This document shows positions 9,587 through 17,729 of a stretch of DNA of 64,000 nucleotides, in pieces. Below the pieces are notes generated by a model. It was not told the origin of the DNA and made no database searches. It worked only from the letters and a program-made list of their open reading frames with translations. Numbering within the stretch: position 1 is the first letter of the stretch; each line of letters begins with the position of its first letter. Source of the DNA: Candidatus Magasanikiibacteriota bacterium (GTDB lineage: Bacteria; Patescibacteriota; Patescibacteriia; Magasanikbacterales; GWA2-37-8); assembly GCA_943359595.1 (NCBI GenBank), contig CALRIA010000002.1, positions 10,417 through 74,416 on the forward strand. Direction: 5' to 3'. Both the position numbers and the translations under genes were made by a program.

Positions 9587-10219
9587 TCAGTCCAACGGAA
9601 TCTTGAGCGGCTTGGCGCTGATGAAGGTCGCCTTGCCGTCCTTCACCTGGAACGTGGCCAGAACGGACTCGCCCCGGTCGACCAAGTTGTTGGCGATGTC
9701 GAGGACTTCGGCGGCGCTGCGATGGCCATTGAGCCACTGCATTGCCACTTCCATCCGCGCCACGCCGTGGCTGGTGACCAGGACGAACTTGCCGGGGTTG
9801 GCCACGGCGATTTCGGTCAGGGCGGTGGCACCTTCTTCCGCGCGCATCAGCATCAGCTCGTGCAATTCCGGCATCTCGGGCAGACACTTCGCCAGGCTCG
9901 AGTCGTCGTCGTTGCCGAACTGGGACTTCGCCATCTCCTTGAGACGATTCAGGCTGTCGGGTGCCGCGCGCTTGTCGGTCTTGAAGTCGCCCAGGCGGGT
10001 CTCGTTCTCGATCAGCAGCGAGATGCCAGCACCTTCGAGCATGCGTTCGGCAGTGCTGACCGCACGCGGAAGTGGCGAAGAGACGGCCGCTTCAATCTGT
10101 GCGGTCTTGCCCAGGACTTGACCACGCCGCCTGGCGCGGTCTGCGCCTTCGGTCGTGAGGACGTTGTTCTCGTGTTCCTCGTGTCGTGTTAACACGAGAA
10201 TGGTGGTTTTTGTGGGCAT
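9587..10219 (-). CDS. Histidine phosphatase (phosphoglycerate mutase-like) family protein, GC-rich
   Basis: LTRHE...LTTEG...SSPLPRA...VLVTSHG motifs. ATG at 10219 is preceded by AAGGAGGT. Confidence 0.8.
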   Translation of the reverse strand: MPTKTTILVLTRHEEHENNVLTTEGADRARRRGQVLGKTAQIEAAVSSPLPRAVSTAERMLEGAGISLLIENETRLGDFKTDKRAAPDSLNRLKEMAKSQFGNDDDSSLAKCLPEMPELHELMLMRAEEGATALTEIAVANPGKFVLVTSHGVARMEVAMQWLNGHRSAAEVLDIANNLVDRGESVLATFQVKDGKATFISAKPLKIPLD

Positions 10220-10309
10220 GGCCCACCTCCTTGGTTTAGCTAGAGACGCTAACATCTTCGCCGAAACCCTCGGACGAGAGATCCGGCTTGCCCGGTGACT
10301 GGTTATTCC

Positions 10310-10362
10310 CAGCTTAGTCAGTAACTAGGGATAAAATTTATCTATAGTTACTGACTAAGCTG
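10310..10362. repeat. Perfect 18-bp inverted repeat (long hairpin) in the leader of the GC-rich phosphatase gene
   Basis: CAGCTTAGTCAGTAACTA ... TAGTTACTGACTAAGCTG. Confidence 0.85.
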
Positions 10363-10463
10363 TGGGGTATTTAATTTTTCAAAGTACACTCACTCATTAT
10401 TGCTGTAGAACACCTATATTTACTGTTAGTAGATACGGTATGCCCATTTTGCAATAACAGTTG

Positions 10464-10492
10464 AGTATAGCATAAAATAGGGATTTTGTCAA
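10464..10492 (-). promoter_or_regulatory. Near-consensus sigma70 promoter
   Basis: Minus strand TTGACA-17-TATACT with TGn extension. Confidence 0.7.
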
Positions 10493-10620
10493 TATATTAA
10501 CTGCTTTTTTGGCTAAAGTTAGCTATTTAATTATTAAGGATAGCAATAATATTGGTGACTAGTGGATGGGTATGTTAAAATCCAATCTAAGTATGCTATA
10601 CTTATTATAAGTAATTTTTT

Positions 10621-11436
10621 ATGAGAGAATTTTTTGCCAGCCAAGATAGAGAATTTAATTCAGATATTGAAACAGAAAATGTTCGCGACTTACCAGTCGT
10701 GACGGCTTATATTATTCGTCATGGTGAGACCACGGAAGATAAATTAAATCCGAATCGTAGTTTGACCACAGAAGGCGAGAGTCAAGCCGACGACGCAGCC
10801 GAACAGCTAATCACCGAATTAAATCCACAGACAGACGTTATCCAAATTTTGGATAGCGGTAATCATCGCGCCAATGTGACCGTGGTGAGAATCGCGGAAA
10901 AATTAAAAGCCGCCGGTTTTAATTTTTTTGTTCCTGTACCTAGTGATAAATCCGGAAATCTGCAAGCAGAAAATATTCCTACTACTCCTGAACCAAAATC
11001 ACGTAGCTACAATAAAATTGCGGCCGCTAATATTCCAGATCAATTTAAAAAATTACTGGCTGATCCGGTATTGCACGCTGAGCTTGGACTTGGAAATGAT
11101 ATTCCGGATAAAAGAGTTATGACTTGGTTTATGATTCAAAGAGATGGTATGGAAACTCCACAGCAGGTATTGGAGAGGGTGCGCCAGGGTATGAATGATA
11201 CTCAAAAAAAATTACCTCAGTTAAATAAAGTTTTGTCGCCGGATCAACGCATTGTAGTGGTGGCGGCCGGCAATGCTTCTATGGTTGATTCGGTAGTCAC
11301 TGAAGCTTCCAAAGTTCACCCTAAAGACAGAGGTGGAGAAATTAGTAATTGTGAAGGATTTAAAGTTGATTTCAATTTAGGCGCTGATCCAAAGATTAAT
11401 TTATGGGGAGAAAATATTGAACAATATTCTAAATAA
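10621..11436 (+). CDS. Histidine phosphatase family protein
   Basis: IIRHGET...LTTEG...SGNHRA...ISNCEG. Second His position reads AAGN. Confidence 0.75.
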   Translation: MREFFASQDREFNSDIETENVRDLPVVTAYIIRHGETTEDKLNPNRSLTTEGESQADDAAEQLITELNPQTDVIQILDSGNHRANVTVVRIAEKLKAAGFNFFVPVPSDKSGNLQAENIPTTPEPKSRSYNKIAAANIPDQFKKLLADPVLHAELGLGNDIPDKRVMTWFMIQRDGMETPQQVLERVRQGMNDTQKKLPQLNKVLSPDQRIVVVAAGNASMVDSVVTEASKVHPKDRGGEISNCEGFKVDFNLGADPKINLWGENIEQYSK

Positions 11437-11444
11437 ATAAAATT

Positions 11445-12428
11445 ATGTCTCACATCAAATTTTTTAAACAACTTTCAAAAAGCAACGTCGATATCGCCGG
11501 TGGCAAAGGCGCCAGTCTTGGTGAGATGACGCAAGCCAAAATTTCGGTACCGCCTGGTTTTGTAGTTTTATCGGCTGCTTTTGATAGATTTTTACAAGAG
11601 ACTGGTTTAAAGGAAGATATTGTGGCGCAATTAAAAAAAGTTAATCCACAAGATACTAATTCAGTAGATAAAGCGAGTGCTGTAATTCGTGATATGATTC
11701 ACGATAAGTCGATGCCCAAAGATTTGGAAAAAGAAATTTTGGTTGCTTTTAAGAAATTAGATGCTAAATTTGTCGCAGTTCGTAGTAGTGCTACGGCAGA
11801 AGATTCAGCAATAGCTAGTTGGGCTGGTGAGTTGGAAACTTATCTTAATACCGAAAAGAAAGATGTACTAGAAAGAGTAAAACTTTGTTGGTCTTCATTA
11901 TTTACTCCACGGGCTATTTTTTACCGTCATGAAAAAAAATTGATCGATCACTATGTTTCGGTGGCAGTGGTTATCCAAAAAATGATTCAGAGCGAAATAT
12001 CCGGTGTGGCTTTTACCGTTCATCCAGTGACAGAAGATTATGACCAGATGATTATTGAAGCTGGGTTTGGTTTGGGTGAGGCAATAGTTTCAGGACAGAT
12101 TACTCCAGATAGTTATATAATTAGTAAAAGTGAAATGAGTATATTGGATATTAATATTAGTGAACAAAATAGAAAATTAATACGTAAGGTTGGTAAGAAA
12201 AAAGGAGAAGAAGATGAAGAGAATAAATCTAACCATTGGGTTAAGCTTGGCAAGGAAGGTAGTAAACAAAAACTCACTGGTAAACAAATTATTGCAGCAG
12301 CCGAGTTATTTAAAAAAATTGAAAAACACTATAATTTTCCATGTGATATTGAGTGGGCAATGGAAAAAAATAAAGTGTATATCACTCAAAGCCGTCCGAT
12401 TACAACATTAAAAAATAGCCAAATATAG
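11445..12428 (+). CDS. Stand-alone PEP/pyruvate-binding (ATP-grasp) domain of the PEP synthase/dikinase family
   Basis: GGKGASLGE, VPPGF, VAVRSSATAED, SWAG, GLGEAIVSG, DIEWA, QSRPIT. The protein ends at the domain boundary with no His domain. Confidence 0.93.
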   Translation: MSHIKFFKQLSKSNVDIAGGKGASLGEMTQAKISVPPGFVVLSAAFDRFLQETGLKEDIVAQLKKVNPQDTNSVDKASAVIRDMIHDKSMPKDLEKEILVAFKKLDAKFVAVRSSATAEDSAIASWAGELETYLNTEKKDVLERVKLCWSSLFTPRAIFYRHEKKLIDHYVSVAVVIQKMIQSEISGVAFTVHPVTEDYDQMIIEAGFGLGEAIVSGQITPDSYIISKSEMSILDINISEQNRKLIRKVGKKKGEEDEENKSNHWVKLGKEGSKQKLTGKQIIAAAELFKKIEKHYNFPCDIEWAMEKNKVYITQSRPITTLKNSQI

Positions 12429-12444
12429 CCAAAACAAGTTTAGA

Positions 12445-12473
12445 TTGACAAAAAGATAAAAAGGTGCTATTAT
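12445..12473 (+). promoter_or_regulatory. Sigma70 promoter
   Basis: TTGACA-17-TATTAT with TGn. Confidence 0.7.
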
Positions 12474-12584
12474 ATCGCTAATAACTTGGGCAACAAGAGT
12501 AGGTCAAAAGGCCAAAATATGTTCCCAACTAGGTCGTTTATTTATTTTCCAAACAACATTTTGGAATATATAAGGAATAATATT

Positions 12585-12908
12585 ATGGCTTTTGGATCTG
12601 ATAGACAAATGTACGATGTAGACTTGACTTGCGCAAAATGCGGAGCTCACATCTCACAGTTGCCTTTCCAACCTTCAGGTGATCGCCCAGTTTACTGCTC
12701 CGACTGTAACCGTGCTTTCCGCAAGGATCGTCCAGCTACAGATCGTGGTGGACGCGCTGGCGGTTTTTCCCAAGCTCCTCGCCAGATGTACAGTGTCAAC
12801 TTGAACTGCGCATCTTGTGGTCAGCAGATTTCTGAGTTGCCTTTCCAACCAACTGGTGACAAACCAGTATATTGCCGAGACTGCATGCAGGCTCGTCGCA
12901 ATGGTTAA
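12585..12908 (+). CDS. Tandem CxxC-x17-CxxC zinc-ribbon protein
   Basis: Two repeats of RQMY-x5-CxxCG...LPFQPxGDxPVYCxDC. Likely start at MAFG (12585). Confidence 0.85.
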   Translation: MAFGSDRQMYDVDLTCAKCGAHISQLPFQPSGDRPVYCSDCNRAFRKDRPATDRGGRAGGFSQAPRQMYSVNLNCASCGQQISELPFQPTGDKPVYCRDCMQARRNG

Positions 12909-12923
12909 TTGACAATCAACTTG

Positions 12924-12951
12924 AACCCCTCGAATTTTCGGGGGGTTTTTT
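12924..12951 (+). terminator. Intrinsic terminator
   Basis: AACCCCTCGAA/TTCGGGGGGTT stem followed by a T-tract. Confidence 0.75.
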
Positions 12952-13018
12952 GTTTGCCTTGAATTTTTGCTAATAAATGGTATAATCAATCAAGTAATTA
13001 AGGTTTCCAATTATTGTT

Positions 13019-13636
13019 ATGTATACAAAAATTCAGCGTGAGATAATTAGTTATACGCGTGCCAAGATAAAATCTTATATGGAAAATAACCCTGCTGCTG
13101 GGCATGGGTCTGACCATGCTATACGTGTCGCAATGTGGGCGTTTGAAATTGCCAAAAAAGAAAAAGCCAACATATTTTTATGTGAGCTTGGAGGACTACT
13201 TCATGATGTTGGTCGCTCGTGGGAAAATACTGATGTTCAAAAACGTCGTCATCATGAATTGTCTTATGAAATTTGTCGGGATTGGTTTAAAAATGATAAA
13301 ATTTTATTTACTCTCACAAATCAAGAAAAATTAATTTTGTTGTATAGTATCCGCTATCATTGGAATAATGCAGCTGATAAATATTTTGAGGCGGTAGTTT
13401 TACGTGATGCCGATAAACTTGATGCTTTTGGTAAAATTGGTATAAAGCGAACGGAAGAATTTTTCAATTTTGATCGTGAAAAAACCATGGATAATTTACG
13501 ATTACGTGAACATGACATGTTTTGGTTGAGGACTGGTGCCGCACGAAGTTATTTTGAAAAACACAAAATGTTTGATCCGATTTTAAAATATATGATCAAA
13601 AAATTAAAAGAAGATATTCGTCCGGTGGAATTATAG
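13019..13636 (+). CDS. HD-domain phosphohydrolase
   Basis: HGSDHAIRV...LLHDVGR...DADKLDAFG. Confidence 0.85.
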   Translation: MYTKIQREIISYTRAKIKSYMENNPAAGHGSDHAIRVAMWAFEIAKKEKANIFLCELGGLLHDVGRSWENTDVQKRRHHELSYEICRDWFKNDKILFTLTNQEKLILLYSIRYHWNNAADKYFEAVVLRDADKLDAFGKIGIKRTEEFFNFDREKTMDNLRLREHDMFWLRTGAARSYFEKHKMFDPILKYMIKKLKEDIRPVEL

Positions 13637-13639
13637 ATT

Positions 13640-14707
13640 ATGTTAAAAAGGAAAAGTAAAATTAAAGTTTTGGTTTGTTTGTCAGGTGGTGTGGATTCGT
13701 CTGTGTCCGCTGCCTTATTGGTTAAAGCCGGATATAATGTCACAGCGGCTTTTATGGTGAACTATGAGGACCAATCTAGTGACCAATCTTGTTGGCGTGA
13801 TGATTATCATGATGCGTTGCGGGTTGCGGCTAAATTGGGCATTCAACTGTTGCGTTTGGATTTTGTGAAGGAATATAGTCGCGATGTGCTTAATTATATG
13901 TATAAAGAATACGAAACAGGACGCACGCCAAATCCAGATGTGTTATGTAATAAATTTGTAAAGTTTGGTGCTTGGTTGAATAAGGCTCGCTCCCTTGGTT
14001 TTGATTACATTGCTACCGGACATTATGCTCGGATAAAAAAGAGCGGTCGTAAATTTTTGTTGCAGGAAGCCAAAGACAAAAATAAAGATCAGACTTATTT
14101 TTTGCATCAGCTCAACCAAGAACAGTTGAAAGGTGTTTTATTTCCAATTGGGAACTATAACAAGGATCAAGTGCGTAAACTGGCAACCAAATTTGATTTA
14201 CCGACTGCACAAAAAGAAGAAAGTATGGGAATTTGTTTTGTGGGTGAAGTGCCAATGCGTGATTTTTTAAAAAATAAAATCAAAGTTAGTCCAGGAAAAA
14301 TTGTTGATGAAAATAAAAATATTTTAGGTCAACACGATGGTTTGGCCTATTATACTATAGGCCAGCGTAATTTAGGGTTAAATAGTAAAGATGGTAAACC
14401 GATGTTTGTAGTGGACAAAAATTTACAAGACAATGAATTGATTGTTGGTGGTGAATTTAGCCAGTTGTTGTTTAAAAATGAGATCTCGGTGGGAGAAGAA
14501 AATTGGGTGGCTGGTTTGGTGCAAAAATTACCTTTGAAATGCTATGTTAGATTACGCCATCGTCAAGAACTTCAATCTGCCAAAGTTTTTGTCGATAAAA
14601 AACAATTAAAAATTAAATTTGCCAAGGCACAAAGAGCTATAACCCCAGGTCAGTTTGCAGTAATCTACAAAAATGGCCTATGTTTAGGTGGGGGAGTAAT
14701 TTTATAA
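13640..14707 (+). CDS. mnmA: tRNA-specific 2-thiouridylase
   Basis: SGGVDS, TPNPDVLCN, ATGHYA, KDQTYFL, TPGQ. Confidence 0.97.
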   Translation: MLKRKSKIKVLVCLSGGVDSSVSAALLVKAGYNVTAAFMVNYEDQSSDQSCWRDDYHDALRVAAKLGIQLLRLDFVKEYSRDVLNYMYKEYETGRTPNPDVLCNKFVKFGAWLNKARSLGFDYIATGHYARIKKSGRKFLLQEAKDKNKDQTYFLHQLNQEQLKGVLFPIGNYNKDQVRKLATKFDLPTAQKEESMGICFVGEVPMRDFLKNKIKVSPGKIVDENKNILGQHDGLAYYTIGQRNLGLNSKDGKPMFVVDKNLQDNELIVGGEFSQLLFKNEISVGEENWVAGLVQKLPLKCYVRLRHRQELQSAKVFVDKKQLKIKFAKAQRAITPGQFAVIYKNGLCLGGGVIL

Positions 14708-14768
14708 AATTCAGCTTTTAGCTTTACATAAGTATTTTTTTTAGATAAAATCATAACATAATCTTTTA

Positions 14769-16634
14769 ATGTCTATTATGATCACCTCAAGAGAACTCCG
14801 TCAAAAATATTTGGAATTTTTCGCCAGCAAGGATCACAAAATCTTGCCGAGCGCTTCTTTAATTCCGGAAAATGATCCGACGGTTTTATTCACTACCGCT
14901 GGCATGCATCCGTTGGTACCCTATTTGCTGGGAGAAAAACATCCAGAAGGAAAGCGTCTTACAAATATTCAAAAATGTATTCGTACTCAAGATATCGATG
15001 AAGTGGGTGATGCTCGCCATGATACTTTTTTTGAGATGATGGGAAATTGGTCTCTAGGGGATTATTTTAAAAAAGAAGCGATTGAATGGAGTTGGGAATT
15101 TTTGACTTCACCAAAGTATTTAGGTTTGGATGCTAGCAAATTGGCAGTGTCAGTCTTTGTCGGTGAAGATGAAAATGGTATCCCACGCGATGAAGAAGCA
15201 GCTGACATATGGAAGAGTTTAGGGATGGCTGAAGAAAAAATTGTTTATCTACCACGCAAAAATAATTGGTGGGGTCCAGCTGGACAGACGGGTCCATGCG
15301 GGCCGGACACCGAAATGTTTTTTTGGAAAGGGGAGAGTGAATTTCCTCCAGTCGGTAGTAACCCTGGTACTGATGAAGATAATTGGTTGGAAATTTGGAA
15401 TGATGTTTTCATGCAATATAACAAAAGTGAAGATGGTCAATACAAGCCGTTGGTTCAGAAAAATGTAGATACGGGCATGGGCTTAGAAAGAACTTTGGTT
15501 ACTCTCAATGGTTTTATTGATGTATTTCAGATTGATACTTTTTGGCCATTGATTCAAAAAATTGAAGAACTATCTGGTCGTGAATATATCGAAAATTCTG
15601 AAGTGACCAAATCAATGCGTATCATTGCCGATCATTTGCGCACAGCTACAATGATTATGGGTGACGACAAACAAATCGCTCCTAGTAATGTAGATCGGGG
15701 ATATATTGTTCGTCGTTTAGTTCGTCGCGCGATACGTCATGGGCGCTTGCTCGGAATTCATGAAAATTTTTGTGATAAAATCGCAGTCGAAGTGATTGAA
15801 ATCTTTAAAGATGTATATTCGGAATTAGAGCGAAATCAGGAATTCGTAATGCTTGAATTGGCAAAAGAAGAAAGCAAATTTAGAAATACTATCGAACAGG
15901 GGATGAAAGAATTTGAAAAATTATTAAATGGTTTTAGAATTGCTTTTGAAAAAACAGGGAAAAATGTTACTGAAATTTCCGGCAAACAAGCTTTTAAATT
16001 ATTTGAAAGTTATGGTTTTCCTTTGGAGATGACTTTGGAGATGGCTCAAGAAAACAGTTTGACTGTAGATGTAAATAATTTCGAAGAATCTTATAAAATA
16101 CATCAAGGTCTATCACGTGCTGGCGCCGAACAAAAATTTAAAGGTGGCTTGGCTGATCATGGTGAGATGTCGGTAAAATATCATACCGCTACTCATCTGT
16201 TGCATGCTACTTTACGCCAGGTGCTTGGGTCACATGTTGAACAGCGTGGTAGTAATATTACTGCTGAACGTTTGCGTTTTGATTTTTCTCATCCGGAAAA
16301 AATGTCTGATGATCAAAAAAAACAAGTTGAAGATCTAATCAATTATGCCATTCAACAAAATTATAAAGTATCGTTTGCTGAAATGACGGTGGACGAAGCC
16401 AAAAATAAAGGCGCGATTGGGTTGTTCGAAGATAAATATGAAAATAAAGTAAAAGTATATTCAGTCGGCGAACCGGATGTGATGCCGTCTGCCACTATAA
16501 ATTCCCAAACATTTAGCAAAGAAATTTGTGGTGGTCCACATGTGGAGCATACTAATATTATGGGGAAATTTAAAATCCTAAAAGAAGAAGCGGTGTCCTC
16601 CGGTATTCGTCGCATAAAAGCTGTTCTTCAATAA
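14769..16634 (+). CDS. alaS: Alanine--tRNA ligase (short form)
   Basis: FTTAGM, FFEMMGNWS, DTGMGLER, HTATHLL, CGGPHV. Confidence 0.97.
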   Translation: MSIMITSRELRQKYLEFFASKDHKILPSASLIPENDPTVLFTTAGMHPLVPYLLGEKHPEGKRLTNIQKCIRTQDIDEVGDARHDTFFEMMGNWSLGDYFKKEAIEWSWEFLTSPKYLGLDASKLAVSVFVGEDENGIPRDEEAADIWKSLGMAEEKIVYLPRKNNWWGPAGQTGPCGPDTEMFFWKGESEFPPVGSNPGTDEDNWLEIWNDVFMQYNKSEDGQYKPLVQKNVDTGMGLERTLVTLNGFIDVFQIDTFWPLIQKIEELSGREYIENSEVTKSMRIIADHLRTATMIMGDDKQIAPSNVDRGYIVRRLVRRAIRHGRLLGIHENFCDKIAVEVIEIFKDVYSELERNQEFVMLELAKEESKFRNTIEQGMKEFEKLLNGFRIAFEKTGKNVTEISGKQAFKLFESYGFPLEMTLEMAQENSLTVDVNNFEESYKIHQGLSRAGAEQKFKGGLADHGEMSVKYHTATHLLHATLRQVLGSHVEQRGSNITAERLRFDFSHPEKMSDDQKKQVEDLINYAIQQNYKVSFAEMTVDEAKNKGAIGLFEDKYENKVKVYSVGEPDVMPSATINSQTFSKEICGGPHVEHTNIMGKFKILKEEAVSSGIRRIKAVLQ

Positions 16635-16645
16635 ATAATAGTTTT

Positions 16646-17125
16646 ATGCTTAAAATTGTTGCTCAAAAATTGTGGTCTATGCGTTTACAGTTCGCCAAAT
16701 ATTTTATTATTGGCGTTGGGGCAGTAATTTTGGATATTTGGTCATTACGTTTTTTGGTTGGTTTAAATATTAGTCCGATTATCTCCATAGTAATTAATCA
16801 GCTGGTGATAGTGAATTTTGTATTTTTCTTGAATAAATACTGGGTGTTTGGAGCTAAAGGCATCACCCATGAACAAGTTTTAAAATTTTATTTAGTGGCT
16901 GGTTTTAATTATTTTTTTGCTATTGGTTGGATGTGGTTTTTTACAAATTTAATAAATTTACATCAGTATATTAGTTATTTAGGTGTTTCTCAGGTGAATT
17001 ATTATTTAGTGGTGAGATTAGTAAATGTGGCCTTAGCCGTGTCCTGGAACTTCTTACTCTACAAATTTTTTGTTTATCGTCTTAAAATGGGGGTTGTTGA
17101 TAAGTTAAATCCAAATCAATTATAG
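16646..17125 (+). CDS. GtrA-family membrane protein
   Basis: QFAKYFIIG...NKYWVF...WNFLLYKFFVY with four hydrophobic segments. Confidence 0.8.
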   Translation: MLKIVAQKLWSMRLQFAKYFIIGVGAVILDIWSLRFLVGLNISPIISIVINQLVIVNFVFFLNKYWVFGAKGITHEQVLKFYLVAGFNYFFAIGWMWFFTNLINLHQYISYLGVSQVNYYLVVRLVNVALAVSWNFLLYKFFVYRLKMGVVDKLNPNQL

Positions 17126-17196
17126 CATTATTTTTTGGCTAAATTAAGGTATTTTTTATTAATTTTAGAGATAAATAACTTGGTTAGCCTAGCCCC

Positions 17197-17225
17197 TTGA
17201 CTAAATTCATTTTTTTAGCTAAACT
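17197..17225 (+). promoter_or_regulatory. Promoter of the infA-rpsI block
   Basis: TTGACT-17-TAAACT. Confidence 0.55.
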
Positions 17226-17248
17226 AATAGTAATTAATATTTTTCCAA

Positions 17249-17467
17249 ATGGTTAGCAAACAAGACGTAATCGAACTAAAGGGAACAATCGAAGAATTGT
17301 TACCGGCTGGCACTTTCCGCCTTAAGCTCGAAAGTGGTCAGACTATCATCGCTCATTTGTCTGGTAAAATGCGTCTAAACAAAATTCGTTTGAGTTTAGG
17401 TGACCAGGTAAAAGTAGAGATGACACCTTACGATTTAAGTAAAGGAAGAATCACTTTTCGTTTCTAA
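17249..17467 (+). CDS. infA: Translation initiation factor IF-1
   Basis: AHLSGKMR...[12 protein letters not shown]. Confidence 0.97.
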   Translation: MVSKQDVIELKGTIEELLPAGTFRLKLESGQTIIAHLSGKMRLNKIRLSLGDQVKVEMTPYDLSKGRITFRF

Positions 17468-17587
17468 ACAATTCAATCTTAAGAATATCAACCATTGCGG
17501 TGTAGTTCCTCACTTTTAGAGGGGCGTCGATATCGCGGCAGTGGTTGGTATTTTTGCTTTACTTAATTATTTATTTTTCAATACCAT

Positions 17588-17701
17588 ATGAAAGTACGCG
17601 CTTCCGTAAAGAAGATCTGTATGAAGTGTCAAACCGTACGTCGTAAAGGCCGCGTGTTTGTTATCTGTGAAAACGCTAAACATAAACAACGTCAGGGTTA
17701 A
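17588..17701 (+). CDS. rpmJ: 50S ribosomal protein L36 (absent from the ORF track)
   Basis: Translated by hand: [37 protein letters not shown]. Confidence 0.97.
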   Translation: MKVRASVKKICMKCQTVRRKGRVFVICENAKHKQRQG

Positions 17702-17729
17702 TTTATTTTTTTATTCACTCCCAGAAATT

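Noticed and set aside
9480-10192. Overlapping ORFs 9480-9887 (-), 9489-10121 (+) and 9566-10192 (+)
   Set aside because: Shadow frames of the GC-rich phosphatase gene, which alone has family motifs and a Shine-Dalgarno.
1-12428. Calling the array genes ppsA/ppdK or PTS enzyme I
   Set aside because: No C-terminal PEP/pyruvate-binding barrel or HPr-binding domain is recognisable in any copy. Only His-swivel domains and one separate ATP-grasp domain are present.
17658-17729. N-terminal extension of rpsM in the ORF track (likewise the extensions of rplQ, def, clpB, mreB and mreD)
   Set aside because: The extensions overlap upstream genes or regulatory sites (rpmJ, rpoA, priA, CIRCE), and downstream ATGs match the family N-termini.
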